The notes below the pieces were generated by a model. The model searched no databases. It had not been told where the DNA came from and worked only from the letters and a program-made list of their open reading frames with translations. Source: Podarcis melisellensis (lineage: Eukaryota). Taken from it: a DNA stretch of 64,000 nt. Shown here one piece after another: positions 11,403 through 24,425 of the stretch. Where the stretch lies: NCBI GenBank assembly GCA_964234715.1, contig OZ174279.1; one strand, 5' to 3'. Position 1 is the first letter of the stretch. The number at the start of each line of letters is the position of its first letter. The position numbers and the translations under genes are program-made.

Positions 11403-13905
11403 AGGCTGATAAGCTGCTGTCCGGAAATACCATTACATATTAATTCACTCATTATCCTCAGTAAAGGTTCATCCTAACATTTCTGGCCATGAGAAGATAA
11501 GTTATAAATGTATGAACCACCACAGATGGATTTCAGAAAGGGAGCGAGGCTAAAAAGACATTTAGTGATTCGGGACTTGGGGCTTGCACCTCTGCATCAG
11601 CTGAATAAATAATGCAGAAAGAAAGAAAATGCCCATCCAGGAATGTAAAAGAATTTAAATGTTAAATTGCCTATGTTCTAACAAAAAATATGTAGCTTAA
11701 AACTGGTCTTCATTTCGGGGTAGCCAATATAACACTGATTTTTAAAAGGGGATTCAGGAAAGTACAGTTCAGTTGGCCTAACATCCTTTATCGGTAAACT
11801 GGTGAAAAGCATTGTTAAAGGTTATTTGATCAAGTATCGAAGAACAAGTCTTGCTGAAGAAAAGCATCAAGGCTTCTACAAGAGGAAGTCCTGCCTCAAA
11901 AAATTCTTTTGAGTGCATCAGCAAACCTGTGGAAAGAGGTACCATAGTTGCCCAGAAGGTGGGCCGTTGCCACTGTCCACCTTCCCACTCGCCCAGACTG
12001 TGGTGGGGCAGGGGCTCCAGGAAAGGGAGAGGGGCGCCAGGAAGGCTCTGGGCACAGGTGTTCATTGCTATAACCTGGCCTTCTCCTGCCCTTGCTGCCA
12101 CCCCCACCCTATTCCAATCCTAGAAAGCAGCAGCACTGTAGCAGCTGAGAGGTTGGCACAGGTGTCGTGACGGCTGATACCATTTACTATTTGTTTAGCC
12201 CACTCCATATCTGGAGCACTATTTAAGTCAAGGTACCTGATTTAAATCATTCAAATTGTGTTGCTTTACTAATAACACAATTCTATGCATATCTCCTTAG
12301 AAATAAATCCTATTTAATTCAGTAAATGTACTCCCAGATAGATAGCTACATAGGATAGTAGCCCAAGGCCTCACTGTTTGAATAGGTTCTATTGAACACA
12401 GAAGGAATTGCTACATGATTACAATCCCATGCATGCTTACTTGGGGCCAAGGTCTGTAGACTTGCTGTGGGTATTGCTAAAAATTGAGCTGCATTGCCTT
12501 GTGTACATTTAAATTAAAGCAGAGCAGCTACACAGATCTGTTAGGGTCTCCTTAACAGGAGCTGGATCAGTGTCCAAAAATGAGCTCATCGTGTGAAAAA
12601 TGAACAGCAGCTCAGCTGGCAAGAGTAACTCTAATTAAAAAGCACACAACAAGAGCAGAGCCAAACACAACCCTCAGAGTGGGAAAATCACCCTTGCATC
12701 AAGCTGCATCAACCCTATTAACGATTGGTTTGATGGGAAACTTGGATTCTTTTTGTGTGCAGAATAATGTGAACTTACAACAACTGCTTCTGTATTTTGG
12801 AATGTACAAATGTGTGTTGCACACAAACAAAAATGCATGGGAGAATATGGTCATGGGCTCCATGTGTAGTTTGGCACATTTTTCTGAGTGCACAGTTTGG
12901 CATCTTTTTTGAGCAAAATTCTAGCGTTCCTGTCCCTCTCACATATGCTATCATGTGTGCAGCAGTTGCACATTGTCTGGACCGATAACTATGACCTGTG
13001 CCCTTCCATCAGTTTCAGCCCTGTGAAATCTTCTTTGTGTTTATCTTCCTGCTAAATTCTCTGTTTATGATCTTAGTATATACCCACAATGCAGGAGTAA
13101 AATGCAAGACTTAAGGCTTGTTTTCCCCTAACCATCCCATGGAAATGATTTAAAACATTCTTTTTAAAAAAATAAATAAATGAGGATCTAGCCTATCAGA
13201 GGGAGGCCTAGGCTTCTTTCTTGACATTCTGTTGGCCTTTAGTTCTTATGAACATGATGTATAAAGTATGCAAAAGCTGCTCAATATGACTCTGAACCTG
13301 ATAATTCTTAAAATATATACACTGATTCCACATAGGTCTCACCTATCCCATAATTCAGCTTTGTGGTTCTTAAATATACTTCACACATTGGGGAAGGAAT
13401 GAGATACTCTACTAATCTAATCACTAGTTTTTTCTTGTTTTTTCTTTGATGATCACACTTTTGGAAATAATTTTGAAGGTGGAAGACTTAATTAAGTAAC
13501 AAGTCTGGGCAAGAAAATGACTAACGTTTAATACTCATCCTTCATATTATAATAATGGCTGTTTTGTCAAATAATGTTTTTAACGATTGAGCAGGTTTTC
13601 AAAAGGGTGGGGGCAGGATGGGTGTGTTTCCAAATACACGGTATCTTTCATATAAAATGGCCCCAATTTGAATCAGGCCCCAATTCAAGCTTGTCTTGGC
13701 TCAAATGGAGGCTTCCACCATTTGTAGCCTAACTTTCAGGAAAGCAGTGTTTAAGATATTGTTTAAGAAACATGTGTTAAGCTGCCAATAATTGTGAATG
13801 AATAAAAGTAGCAGCAAACCATTTTAGCAGGCAGGCAGTTGCATGCATTTAACTTAATTTATTTAGTACATTTTTATGCCACCTCTCATCCATCATGGAA
13901 CTCTA

Positions 13906-14385
13906 TTTTTTTAAAAAAATTTTTTTTATTAATTTTCCAAACACATAATAAAAGACATACACATTACAAAACAAAAACATACCCAACATTAAACATATAC
14001 CGACTTCCCCATACCTCCCTTTCGCTGCATCCTTATTCCAAAGTTCTTTAGCAACCCTTTAATCAGTTTATCTACTGTTTCCCTTTCATTAAATTTCTTT
14101 AAACTTAATAATTGCCGCTGTATTTCTCTAGTTCTTACCCCTTGACATCTCAACACTCCTCTATTTTACAACAGTTTTTAAGATATAATTTAAACTTCTT
14201 CCAGTCCTCTTCCACTGTCTCTTTCCCCTGGTCTCGGATTCTGCTGGTCATTTCTGCTAGTCCCATGAAGTCTGTCACCTTTGTCTGCCATTCTTCCAGA
14301 GTAGGTAGTTCTTGCATCTTCCAATACTTTGCCAGAAGAATTCTTGCTGCTGTGGTAGTGTAGAAGAATAGGAGCTTTATGTATG
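13906..14385 (-). mobile_element. 5'-truncated L1-clade LINE (ORF2 C-terminus, 3'UTR and A-tail)
   Basis: 15-bp TSD CATCATGGAACTCTA at 13891-13905 and 14386-14400. The minus strand encodes FYTTTAARILLAKYWKMQELPTLEEW...EEDWKKFKLYL*. T-runs at the left end. Confidence 0.88.
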
Positions 14386-14998
14386 CATCATGGAACTCTA
14401 AAGTGGCATTGATCCCTTAGCTTAGGTTTTGCCCTAGACCTGCTGAGCTTTAGCAAGGCTGCTGCTGCTTCATCTGCCCACAAACTGTGCCCTGGCTAAA
14501 ACTTCCATCTGTCCTTTTCTCTTTCAGTTGAATTTAGACCCTATGATTAACCCTCAAATTTCTCTAAGTTTTGTCATCTTTTCCATGTAAATAAATGAAA
14601 TCCGAAAGTTTAATCTGCAGCTATATTCACATAACCACAATTCCTTACTGGAATATTGAAATAAGTTGTTAATACTCTTCTGGCTTTGCCCTGCATGGGG
14701 TCCAATGGGCTTCCTTGGACCCCATGCAGAGTAAAATAATTGCCAGAGTGTTGAAGGGAAAACTTGGGCATCTTATCCACTGGGTGTTCAAATGCTGACA
14801 GCTAGTAATCACCATTAGAAATTTGTTCTTTATGCCCTATTTTCTGCTTGGTGGTAGAATGGAAGTAGAAATGTAATTGTTTCTGCCAATGGAGGTGCGG
14901 CTACAATATATGATTGTGTAGAGATAATAGTGTACCCAGCCAATAGCTATTTGAAGTTAGACCTTCCTGACGGATCACTTTCTCCTTTCCCCCCCTAG

Positions 14999-16319
14999 GG
15001 TTTTATTCGGATACAGTCTCAGTAGCTGATGTTTCACATAGCGAATCGGTCGAAGAAAGCCCATTCCACCCTCCTCCCCATTCATTTTCTACTGTTTTTG
15101 ATGAGGACAAGCCCATCGCTAGTAGCGGGACTTACAACTTAGACTTTGATAGTATCGAGGTTGCGGATTCTTTGAAAACTGCTGACTCCAGCTCTCTGGA
15201 CACAAGAAGCTGTGACACCAAGTCACATGTTCGAAGAAAATCCACAGACTCTGTTCCAATTTCCAGGTCAACTTTGTCTCGGTCCCTTAGCTTGCAAGCT
15301 GGTGATTTTGATGGATCATCTTTTCTTGGCAATAGCGAGGCAGCAGGTTCAGCAACAGATACATTTTGTACCGGTTCAAGCAGTGCTTCCAGTACTCTTA
15401 AGCGCACAAAGAAGCCTAGGCCAGCTTCCTTAAAGAAAAAACCGTTGGCCAAAAAACCTCCAGATGTCCCACCGGTGAAAGAGCCAGAATCATCTGACAT
15501 CAACCAAGATTCCGTTGCCTCAAGTGAAGAAAAAGTGTCTGAGGAGAGGTTGGGGCTGACAGAACTTGAGTGCCCAGAGCCTGTCCAAACTGCTGCCGAA
15601 AAAGGGGAGCCCTCTGAGGGCCAGGCAGCAGCTTGTCCGTTTGACCCAACTAACGTTGATGAGATTAGCACATTTGGTGCTGGAGACAGCAAAATACAGG
15701 ACTCTCCTCCTGCTAGCAAGAAACCTCCACCTCTTACGACGGCACCGGAAGCTGTGGAGGTGACCCCATCAGACACTGGGGGACAGGAAGATCCTCCAGT
15801 GAAAGGCTTATCTGTGAGGCTGGAATTCGATTATTCTGAGGAAAAAGGCAGCAGCGAAGAGCAACACGAAGGCTCGCCTCTGCCCAAAAAAGTGGGCAAA
15901 AAGCCTGGTGCCAAAATGCCACTGAGGAGGCCAAAGACTAAAAAGGCTGGGGAGAAACTTGACAATGCCCCCACCACCCCAACCAAGGCCCCTGTGGATC
16001 CAAATGAGATTCCTGTTCCCAAAGGCTCTTATACTTTTGATATCGACAAATGGGATGATCCCAACTTCAACCCGTTTTCTTCCACTTGCAAAATGCAAGA
16101 CTCTCCTAAATTGCCTCAGCAAACAACAGCGGCGTACAGTTTCAATCCGGATGTGTGTGAGGACTCTATTGACCCTTTCAAGCCTTCCTTGAAGGTAGCT
16201 AGCTCTCCCACAAAGTCTCCAGCCTCCTTTGAGATACCAGCTAATGCCAGTGAGATCAATGGAACGGAAGGGGACAGCCTAAATAAACCAGCAAAAAAGA
16301 AGAAGACCCCACTCAAGAC
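14999..16319 (+). CDS. TACC2: TACC2 large exon (1321 nt): SDP repeats and basic NLS-like clusters
   Basis: ccctag| acceptor and AC|gtaagt donor. Encodes FDEDKPIASSGTYNLDFD, RRKSTDSVPISRSTLSRSLSLQA, VRLEFDYSE, KGSYTFDIDKWDDPNFNPF and PAKKKKTPLKT, all TACC2 signatures. Corresponds to ORF 15172..16323. Confidence 0.97.
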
Positions 16320-16402
16320 GTAAGTCAGAATGTAGAAAAATTCATATGCAATATAAGATCCCCCCCCCCGCCAAAATGATAGTGCTTCTACACTTTCTTA
16401 TA

Positions 16403-16625
16403 CAGTCATCCCTTGGATCCCAAATGCCTTGGCTCCCAAACAAATCGGTTCCTGAACGGTCAAAACCCGGAAGTGTGTGTTCTGGTTTTTGAACGTTCTT
16501 TTGGAAGCCGAACGTCTGACAGGAGCTTCCTACAACCAATCAGAAGCTGTGCTTTGGTTTCCAAGTATTTTGGAAGTCGAACGGACTTCTGGAACAGATT
16601 CCGTTCGACTTCCAAGGTAGGACTG
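16403..16625. mobile_element. Tigger/pogo-like MITE
   Basis: TA|CAGTCATCCCTTGGA ... TCCAAGGTAGGACTG|TA termini. Confidence 0.8.
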
Positions 16626-19600
16626 TATTTACATTTATGCAGCATGTTGTGTTATGAGTATATTACAAGAGAACAAAACTAGTGATGAACTATTTTCATT
16701 GCTACTTCAGCGCTTCCTTCTCTAGCAATCTTTGGTGTTGGAAGCATTACAGTTTTGTTTTCTTTTGTTTTATGGTCTTCCTCTATTGGTTTTGATAAGG
16801 CTTGGCAACTCAACCCCTGTTCATTTCACAGCATGTAGAAATGAGGCTTTAATTTTGCCAAATGTGTAAGGTGTTCCACTTCAGAGAACAGTTGTCTCCT
16901 TAACTATCTGCGTCCAATGAGATTTAAAGTGTCTGGCAGAAATTGCTTCCATTTAAATGAATGATGGGTACTCAGACCTGCAGTTAAAACTGAGATAATT
17001 TCAATACTTTTCAGATGGGTTTCTTCCAGAATCCCATCATGCTCAGCAAATACCTTCAAATAATTTTTCATAAAATACATATACTTTTCTTCCAGATTGC
17101 ATGTGGCAGTGGTATGTGATATAGTTTATCAATTCAGTGGAATAATAAGAACTGTTCTCAGGATTAAGGGCTAATCTGTAAAGCCTTAAATCATGTGGAT
17201 AAAATTTATGCAGAATTGAACTTGAAGGAAGCTGTTCACATAATCAAAAGACAGTCTCTCTCCAGAGTAGTTCTGTTTGTTTTCGTGGCTGACATATTGT
17301 GTGGAGATGTATCGTTTAACCAAGAAACCACAAATGCGATTGAAGTGAGTTTATTCTGTTTTGCGAGTTCATGGCATTCTTTAAGTAGAGCTGCTCTTGG
17401 GTTAGTGGTTTGGAGGAATACTTCCTGGAGGTTTCACTTCAGACTGCAGGAAATTGTTTCAGATGGGGATTTTACCTTTGTTAATGAAATATGAAACTGT
17501 TGGTAACATTTTGGTGATTACATTTGTATTATAGTGTGTTTGGCAAGAGAAATAGCTAGTTTGCACATCACATTTTTAAACCATGGTTTAGTTTAAACTA
17601 AGGTTTAATGTGAATGGGCAGAAAGCCCTGTTGAGTTCAATGGGATTAAGTGTGTAAAGGACTGCAACCTTGATTTTTGAAGATGATGGAGTGTGCAGGG
17701 TCTTATGCCTCAAACATTATGACATTTCAAAAGTACCTTGAATTCCCTGAAACTCCTCAGGCACAAAACATTCTCTGGTTGTCAAAATAAAGCCCGAGCA
17801 ATATTTTGGGATGATATATGTTTGGCCTTGGTAAAGTGGAGAGTATGATAAGAATGTGATTTCTTTAATGGTACAAGGCTATTCTACAAGATGCAAGGTG
17901 TGATTATGGGTGAGACCTTCTTTAACTCTTACTTCATTTATGCTTCACCTTTCTTCCACCTTGGAACTCAAGATGGGGTACATTGGGGAAATCTCCTACC
18001 CAGACCGTGACCAGATTCCCTATATTCCTCATTAGCTTTCATATAGTTGGTTATTGCAACAGACCATGCTATGTGACCATTCTTAGCTCATTTCCCCATT
18101 TGAGTCCACCATAGAGACAGCTGTGCATCCTACTAGAAGTATTAGACAGTTTTGAGAGCAATCTATTGTTTTCTCAAGAATACAGCTTCTTTAAGGTTGC
18201 TGTTTCCAGGGTCTTGCAAGATAAATGGCACCCTTTCTGGGACATCCCAACCTTTCTTTTTAATTCTTTTCCATAGCTCCACACACCTTGAATGTTGTAG
18301 CTATTATGTTTCCTTAGAGGGGCTTGAACAATTGTTCCACAGTGGGTCTTGAATTGGTGACCTGAGGGATCTTAAGTGTGGATTTAGCTGACATTACAGT
18401 GTTCGGCTTTGTCCAAAAGAGAGAACTACAGGGAGACTAGTCATTGAAGCTGCCATACAGCAGTAGACACGAATGGACCAGGAAGTAATCCCTGACTCCC
18501 AGATAAAAGCCAAATGTCAGACTAGTTCACTGGTGTTAACAGCTGGGAGATTTGATGTTGCTAACCTCATACTGCCTCTGTGAGGAGATGGGTCTATCAA
18601 TATTTTTTGTTGCTTACAGAATCCCACTGTGACACTAAGCTTCTATTCTTACACATAGTATGCAAAATATACAATAGCTTATGTTTTGTGACATTTTACA
18701 TTTCCAAAGGGTTAACCTCTGTGTTTTAGTTAGTTTCACCAAGATTTGCCTCCTGCTAACAGCACTGAGGATTTGCAGCCAAACAAAACCTTGCTTGATC
18801 ACTCTGCAAAGTCATGTATGTTTGTGAATGAGAAGTCTGCAAGCTGTATCTCATAAGAGATATTGAAGAATTAATTGCAATCTTTGTCCAGTTTAAACAG
18901 GAAAAATAAGACAGGAAGCTGTTAACTAAAATAGGTAAACCATCAATTTGCAAGTATGCCAGAACTGTAGCTAAATCAAGATAAAAGTATATGTGCATAT
19001 CATATTTCACAAATTTTTGTCCATCATTCTTGAACACAGCAGTTTTAGTTATAACCAGCTGCCTTCCTTACAAGTAGCAAAGTGAAATATGCTCTATTTA
19101 CATTTACTGTTAAAGAAAAGAAAAGAAAAGAAAAGGGATCAACCAATTGCTGTTGAGGACATATTACATGTATCTTTCTACTTTAAATATTCAAACATTT
19201 TAAACAGTTGATCCAGTGACCTTTATCCAAAATTTAAAGCATCTAGGCTGATCTAGCTTCAAAAACAGTGCCCCATTTTAGATCTCAGTCTTAGGAAGCT
19301 GTTTGATGGCAGGGAAGCATCTCAGGGGACATATGTTTTGATGTGAGTGGTGTCAGCTTTCAAAATCATCTTGCTGAAAAGAGATGGCATTCAGGCTGAC
19401 AAGTACTGAGGAGACTAAAGCTGTATTTTCACACCTTTTGTCACACAAAAAATGCAGTAGTTGGTTTTGTGTGTTGTTGTTTTTTAAGTTGAGCTGTCAA
19501 GATTTCAAATTCCACAGTAGCTAAGGCCTATGAAGATTTACAACAGGGATGAGAACCTCTAGGTGTAGCAGGTTTCCACCAGCCTTAGGAAGCATGGCCA

Positions 19601-20536
19601 TTGGTCAGCAATGATGAGAGGTGCCATCCTGCAACATCTGGAGGGCCTACAGATTCCCTATCTCTGATTCATAAGGACGTTTGTAGATTTGTGTTGTGTG
19701 TGTATATATTTTAAATGCAGGGTTAAGTAAATTCTTATTTGTGTTTGTGTGCAACTTCCTGTTAATGGGTTCTTTTTTTAAAAGGGGAAATAACCACAGG
19801 AAGTTGCAGATACAGGGGAGGTGTATCTGCTTAATTCCCCACACAATTTTTTCCCCAATTCAGAATTCTCATCCCAGCTTCCTTTCTTCCTGCATGAGGA
19901 AAAGCATTTCTGATAATCTTGAGCGGAGGGTGGAAAACAGCCTATGGGCATCTCCCACACCCTCTGAATGCTCTGCTCAAAAGAAAGTTACAAGTGACTG
20001 CAACTGTCACCCTTTTGCAACTTTCTACAAGTATAGCTTGTCTTTGTCAATGGCAACAAAGTACCACGATTTGTTTTCCCTGAAATTTTATCGGTGCCCT
20101 TTCTCATTTATGCACCCCGTGCAATTAAGCTAAGCCACCCAGAACCATGTGAAGGTAACCCACTGCTAGTGTTTGAAGTGGCAGGGATAGACATCAGCTT
20201 TGAAAAGTAGTTTTTATGGAAGAAAAAAGCATTTGGATTAGAGGGGAAAGACTCCCTCTCATTCTCTCCCCACCCCTGGATAAAGATGTTGGGCATAATC
20301 CAAGAACAACAAGCCTCTTTGATCAGATTTAAGCATTTTAACAGGGGTTTTAGTTCACCTGATTTCATCTATGACCTTGGAAGGTTTGCTACCAATGTTT
20401 TAGGACAAGGTGTGGGTTTCCTGAAGCAGAAACAACCCGTGGTGATTTTCCACAAATGCAATTAATGGAGTATCTCCTTTGTGTCAGTCAGTTCCTTCTG
20501 TCTGTCTGTCTCTCTCTTTTGTCTTACTTGTCTTAG

Positions 20537-20572
20537 GATGGTTGAAGATGTGATGTCTGTATGTTCTCTGTT
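20537..20572 (+). CDS. TACC2: TACC2 36-nt cassette exon (T-MVEDVMSVCSL-F)
   Basis: Long pyrimidine tract, tcttag| acceptor and TT|gtaagt donor. Phase 2-2 and frame-preserving between KTPLKT and DTFRVKK. Matches the MVEDVMSVCSLF insert I recall from TACC2 isoforms. Confidence 0.85.
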
Positions 20573-21369
20573 GTAAGTAATTTTAACCCTAAACATGCTT
20601 GTTATGGACAGGAATGCCTCATTTCATTTCATTTCACCTTTGCTAATTTGAGTTGTGGGTTTCCTTCAGTATTGCTGGGCATCATAGCGTCAGAATCAAT
20701 TACACTGTTTTGAATGGTTTTACCAGTTTGCATCACATTTGTTACATGAAAGGGAAGCTGCATGTTTGTGGATAAGCTTGAACAAAACAATTATTCCTGT
20801 TAAATAACCCCCCCAGTTTCCTGTTTCCAGTTTAATTATTAAATTTTTTATTTGTATAGTTAACAGGCTGCAAATGACATGTCACAGCTTTGCAAATCAT
20901 GCAGGGGGTTGGATTCTACCAGTTATCCACCACAATGACTTGCCTTGATCCATGGAGCCACAGCAAATCACACTTTTTGCATTTGTTGCACATTCACACT
21001 TTTTAAAGATGAAGAACAATGGGTGGTTTTTTTGTTTTGTTTTTGCTTTCTATGACAGTGAAGAGGTGTAGTAAATATGCTTTTATAAGTAATGCACAGC
21101 TATTCAGTGTGTGTCATGTACAACCAGGTAAGCTCTTGGCTTGCCACTAAGTGGGACATAGCTGAGTTTTGCTCAGCCAGTGATGTATGTATGACCATTC
21201 TATAGTACCTGGTTAATTTCCTTTCTTTTCTCTTCCTGTTACAAAAGCTGGCCTTAAAACCTGAATCTTAAGCACTGTCTTCACTTGAAAGATTAGGCTC
21301 TGTCTAGGACTGTCCTCTTCATAAGCTTATGTGTGTAGTGCCTGCTGAAGGAAGATGAGTAAGGTGACA

Positions 21370-21876
21370 CAGTTACCGTGCGCTCCGCCTCCCCGCTGTC
21401 CCCCGAGCTTGTGGGGCTGGTGCTGGGGAGAAGCGCACTTCTCCCTAGCGCCAGCCTCCAAACCAGGTCGGGGAACTGCGGGATGGTGGCGCTGCGCCTC
21501 CCTGCTGTCCCCTGAGCTTGTGGGGCTTCCCAATGTCTGCCCGAAGCGCGGGGCGCTCTGCTTCAGCGCTCCCCGCGCTCCGTGCACCAGGCTGTGGATG
21601 TCTTCCCGAAGCACCGGGCACTCTGGTTCAGCGCACCCCGTGCTCCGGGAAGCAGGCTACTATCCGCAGCCTAGACAGCCCTGCGGGAACTCCCGCAGGC
21701 TCCCCAGGCTTGCTGATAGCTTCCTGAAGCCTGGAGAGCAAGAGGGGTTGGTGTGCACCGACCCCTCTCGCTCTCCAAGCTTCAGCGAAAGCCTGCATTT
21801 GCCCCATAGGACGCACACAGATTTCCCCTTCATTTTTGGAGGGGGGAAAGTGCGTCCTATAGGGCGAAAAATATGG
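21370..21876. mobile_element. One-ended, GC-rich Tc1/mariner-type MITE related to 2865..3123
   Basis: The right end GTGCGTCCTATAGGGCGAAAAATATGG|TA and the subterminal GACGCACACA..TTTCCCCTT match 3040-3123. Left TIR not seen. Confidence 0.65.
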
Positions 21877-22601
21877 TAGTTGTTTTAGGCTGGAACAACA
21901 TGTTATTCCAGCAGGTGAATTAGATATATATATTAATTATAGTCCATCTTCTTAGTTTAGGAAAACATTGCCAGCTATAAAAAGAGATTCATAAATAAAT
22001 ATCAGTGACAGCCAGGGTTGGAGGGTTGATATTTTATATAGACTTGATATTGTCTCATCTTTGTCACGACCAAATTGCATGCCCTTCAGTATTTCACAAC
22101 CTCAGTTTCCTCATCTATTAAGTGGGAATAAAAGTGAACTCTGGCCAGATTGATTTAGGGACAAAACTAAGGAAGACAGAGAATGGGTGATAGATAGTTT
22201 TGTTTGTTTTTTAAGAAAAGAACTAGTTGTATGTTTGCTAGGAGAGGATGCTGATGCAAATTAATCGACTGCTGTTTGATCAAACTGTAAGTGTTGGCTC
22301 AGGTTTTGCAGAATTGCTCTGTTGGAAAATCACAAATTCTTACTGCTGTAACTGAAGGCTCCTGCTTCCATTATTTCAACATTTTATGAAACAATGTTTG
22401 GCTCAGAATGCTGTGGACTAATCCAAAAGTGCATGACACAAAAGTGAGGGTCATGGCATGCTCCTCCTTGAGGCTTGAATTCTTAAGCTTTCTGAAGCAG
22501 GAAAGTTTTACATGGTGGTATTTTCTTTCACTCTGCACTGTTCTTAAACACTCTTGGTTTTCCACAGCTCACCATACTCAAAATTTCCATTTTCTTTCCA
22601 G

Positions 22602-22662
22602 TGATACTTTTAGGGTGAAAAAGTCACCGAAAAGATCTCCTCTGTCTGATGCACCTTCACAG
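22602..22662 (+). CDS. TACC2: TACC2 exon (DTFRVKKSPKRSPLSDAPSQ)
   Basis: tttccag| acceptor and CAG|gtaaag donor; phases fit the neighbouring exons. Confidence 0.95.
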
Positions 22663-24217
22663 GTAAAGAGTACTGACAAGCTTTTTTATTTAAATGATTT
22701 TTTTTGTTAACACTGGTCCAGTGCAAATTCCTGATGACTGTCTGGCAACCAATTCTCTTTTGGGGACTCATTCAGTAGGGATAGTAAACCAACATCTTCA
22801 AGTAAAATCACAGACCTAATATAATTTTTTGATAACAAAATAGAAATCACATTTTTTTGACTGAAACAATTAGCGGTCAAAACCTGTAATCCAAGCTTTT
22901 GAACACTTCAAGCATAGGTATTCAAAGCAAAAATGAAAAACAAATGAAATAGATTCTGGTACAGTTGATTTTACTCTGATAAACTTGAAAAAAAGACATT
23001 TAAAATCTTGTAAACATGAATGCACTTAAGGGGAAGAAATGCAAATGATTTGCAGATTAGCTTGCTTAATGGCATAGCAAGGCTGAACATCTCCAGAGAC
23101 CAAATTAAAAAATATATTATAGAAAAGCAGTTTAAAAGAAAAGCAAATGCAGAGGAGGTAGATTGCAAGGCATCTTTCCATATTTGGTACCATAAAGCCA
23201 AAAGACACCTGATGCCATAAAGAGTGGGGAATCCCAAACAGACTAGATCATTTGGAAATCTCACCAATTAAATGGAAATAGTGTTTGACAGAGAGACAGA
23301 CTTCCAAAGTTCTTCAGTGCCCCAGTACAGACTGCATATTGCCCTAGTTCTTTTGTTGCTGAGCCCTGGGTCATGATTCACACAGTCAACTGATGGACTT
23401 GTCACAACTTGTAACAAAATCTGTTTCATAAAGCAGGTATTGCAGTGCCACCACAAACTGTGAGAGTGTTCTGTGGCATAGCAAAATTCCCTTATTGGGG
23501 GAAGCATCAACCCTGTTCTTTTACAAGGGCACTACCATGCTTCTGTGTATGGAGTGGTCTAAAACAAGTGATTATTATTTTTTAAGTAAGTTTGTGTAGA
23601 ATTGAATTCTTCACTAGATAACGTAGTTGAACGAATCACAAAAACAAATGATGCCCCACTTCATCTCACCTGTCATTTATCCTGGCATCGATTGAAGTAA
23701 TGATTCTCAGATATCTGTAGGAGAACAAAGTCCATTCATATTAGTTGCCTGGAGTGGCCCTACCATTCTTCTTCTTCTCCATTAGACAAGGTGAGATAAC
23801 TGTCTCAGGCAGCATATAGTAGTGGCAATAGCTACTGCTGTTCCTCCTAAGGCCCCCTAGCCTGTGTTTGAGGACAGAGCTGTATATGTTGTACAGCCTG
23901 TTCGTGCTCCTCTGAATTAGCCTGCTGTGTCAGGTACTATGGAGGGCACTCATAGTACCCATCAGCTGTGTCGAATGAGGATTCAACTTTTATTTGGCTT
24001 CTGTATATGGAACAGGGAGGTGTCCTTCAGGCAGAAAAATATATTGGGCCAGCTCTGTCCATACTACAGTGTCTTAAGGGCTGAAATCCTGAGGCTCTAT
24101 GAAGCTGGAATAAGTAGTTAAAAAGAAAGTAAAAGGAAGCCAGATACAAGAGGAGAGACAATTGTTTCTTTCTTTACAGCACAATAGTTATTTAACATTT
24201 CTTCCCCCTACTCTCAG

Positions 24218-24425
24218 GAGTCTACGCCGCTGCCTACAACCGAAACACCCTCTGTTGTATCCACTGTGGTTCATGCAACAGATGAAGAGAAACTGGCCTC
24301 TTCGGTGGGTAACCAGAAATGGACTTGTATGACAGTGGATCTAGATTCTGACAAGCAGGATTATCCCCAGCCGTCGGATCTGTCGACTTTTGTAAATGAA
24401 ACCAAGTTCAGCTCTCCTACAGAAG
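24218..24425 (+). CDS. TACC2: TACC2 exon (ESTPLPT...HATDEEKLA...FSSPTE)
   Basis: ctctcag| acceptor and G|gtaagc donor; contains the TACC-family HATDEEKLA motif. Confidence 0.95.

Noticed and set aside
15132-16316. Antisense and alternative-frame ORFs (for example the 214-aa ORF at 15132..15776, minus strand)
   Set aside because: Shadows of the Ser/Pro-rich TACC2 exon, with no independent gene signals.
21327-21879. GC/CpG-rich patch with several ORFs, resembling a CpG island or a gene
   Set aside because: It ends in the TIR of the MITE family seen at 2865..3123, so it is transposon interior.
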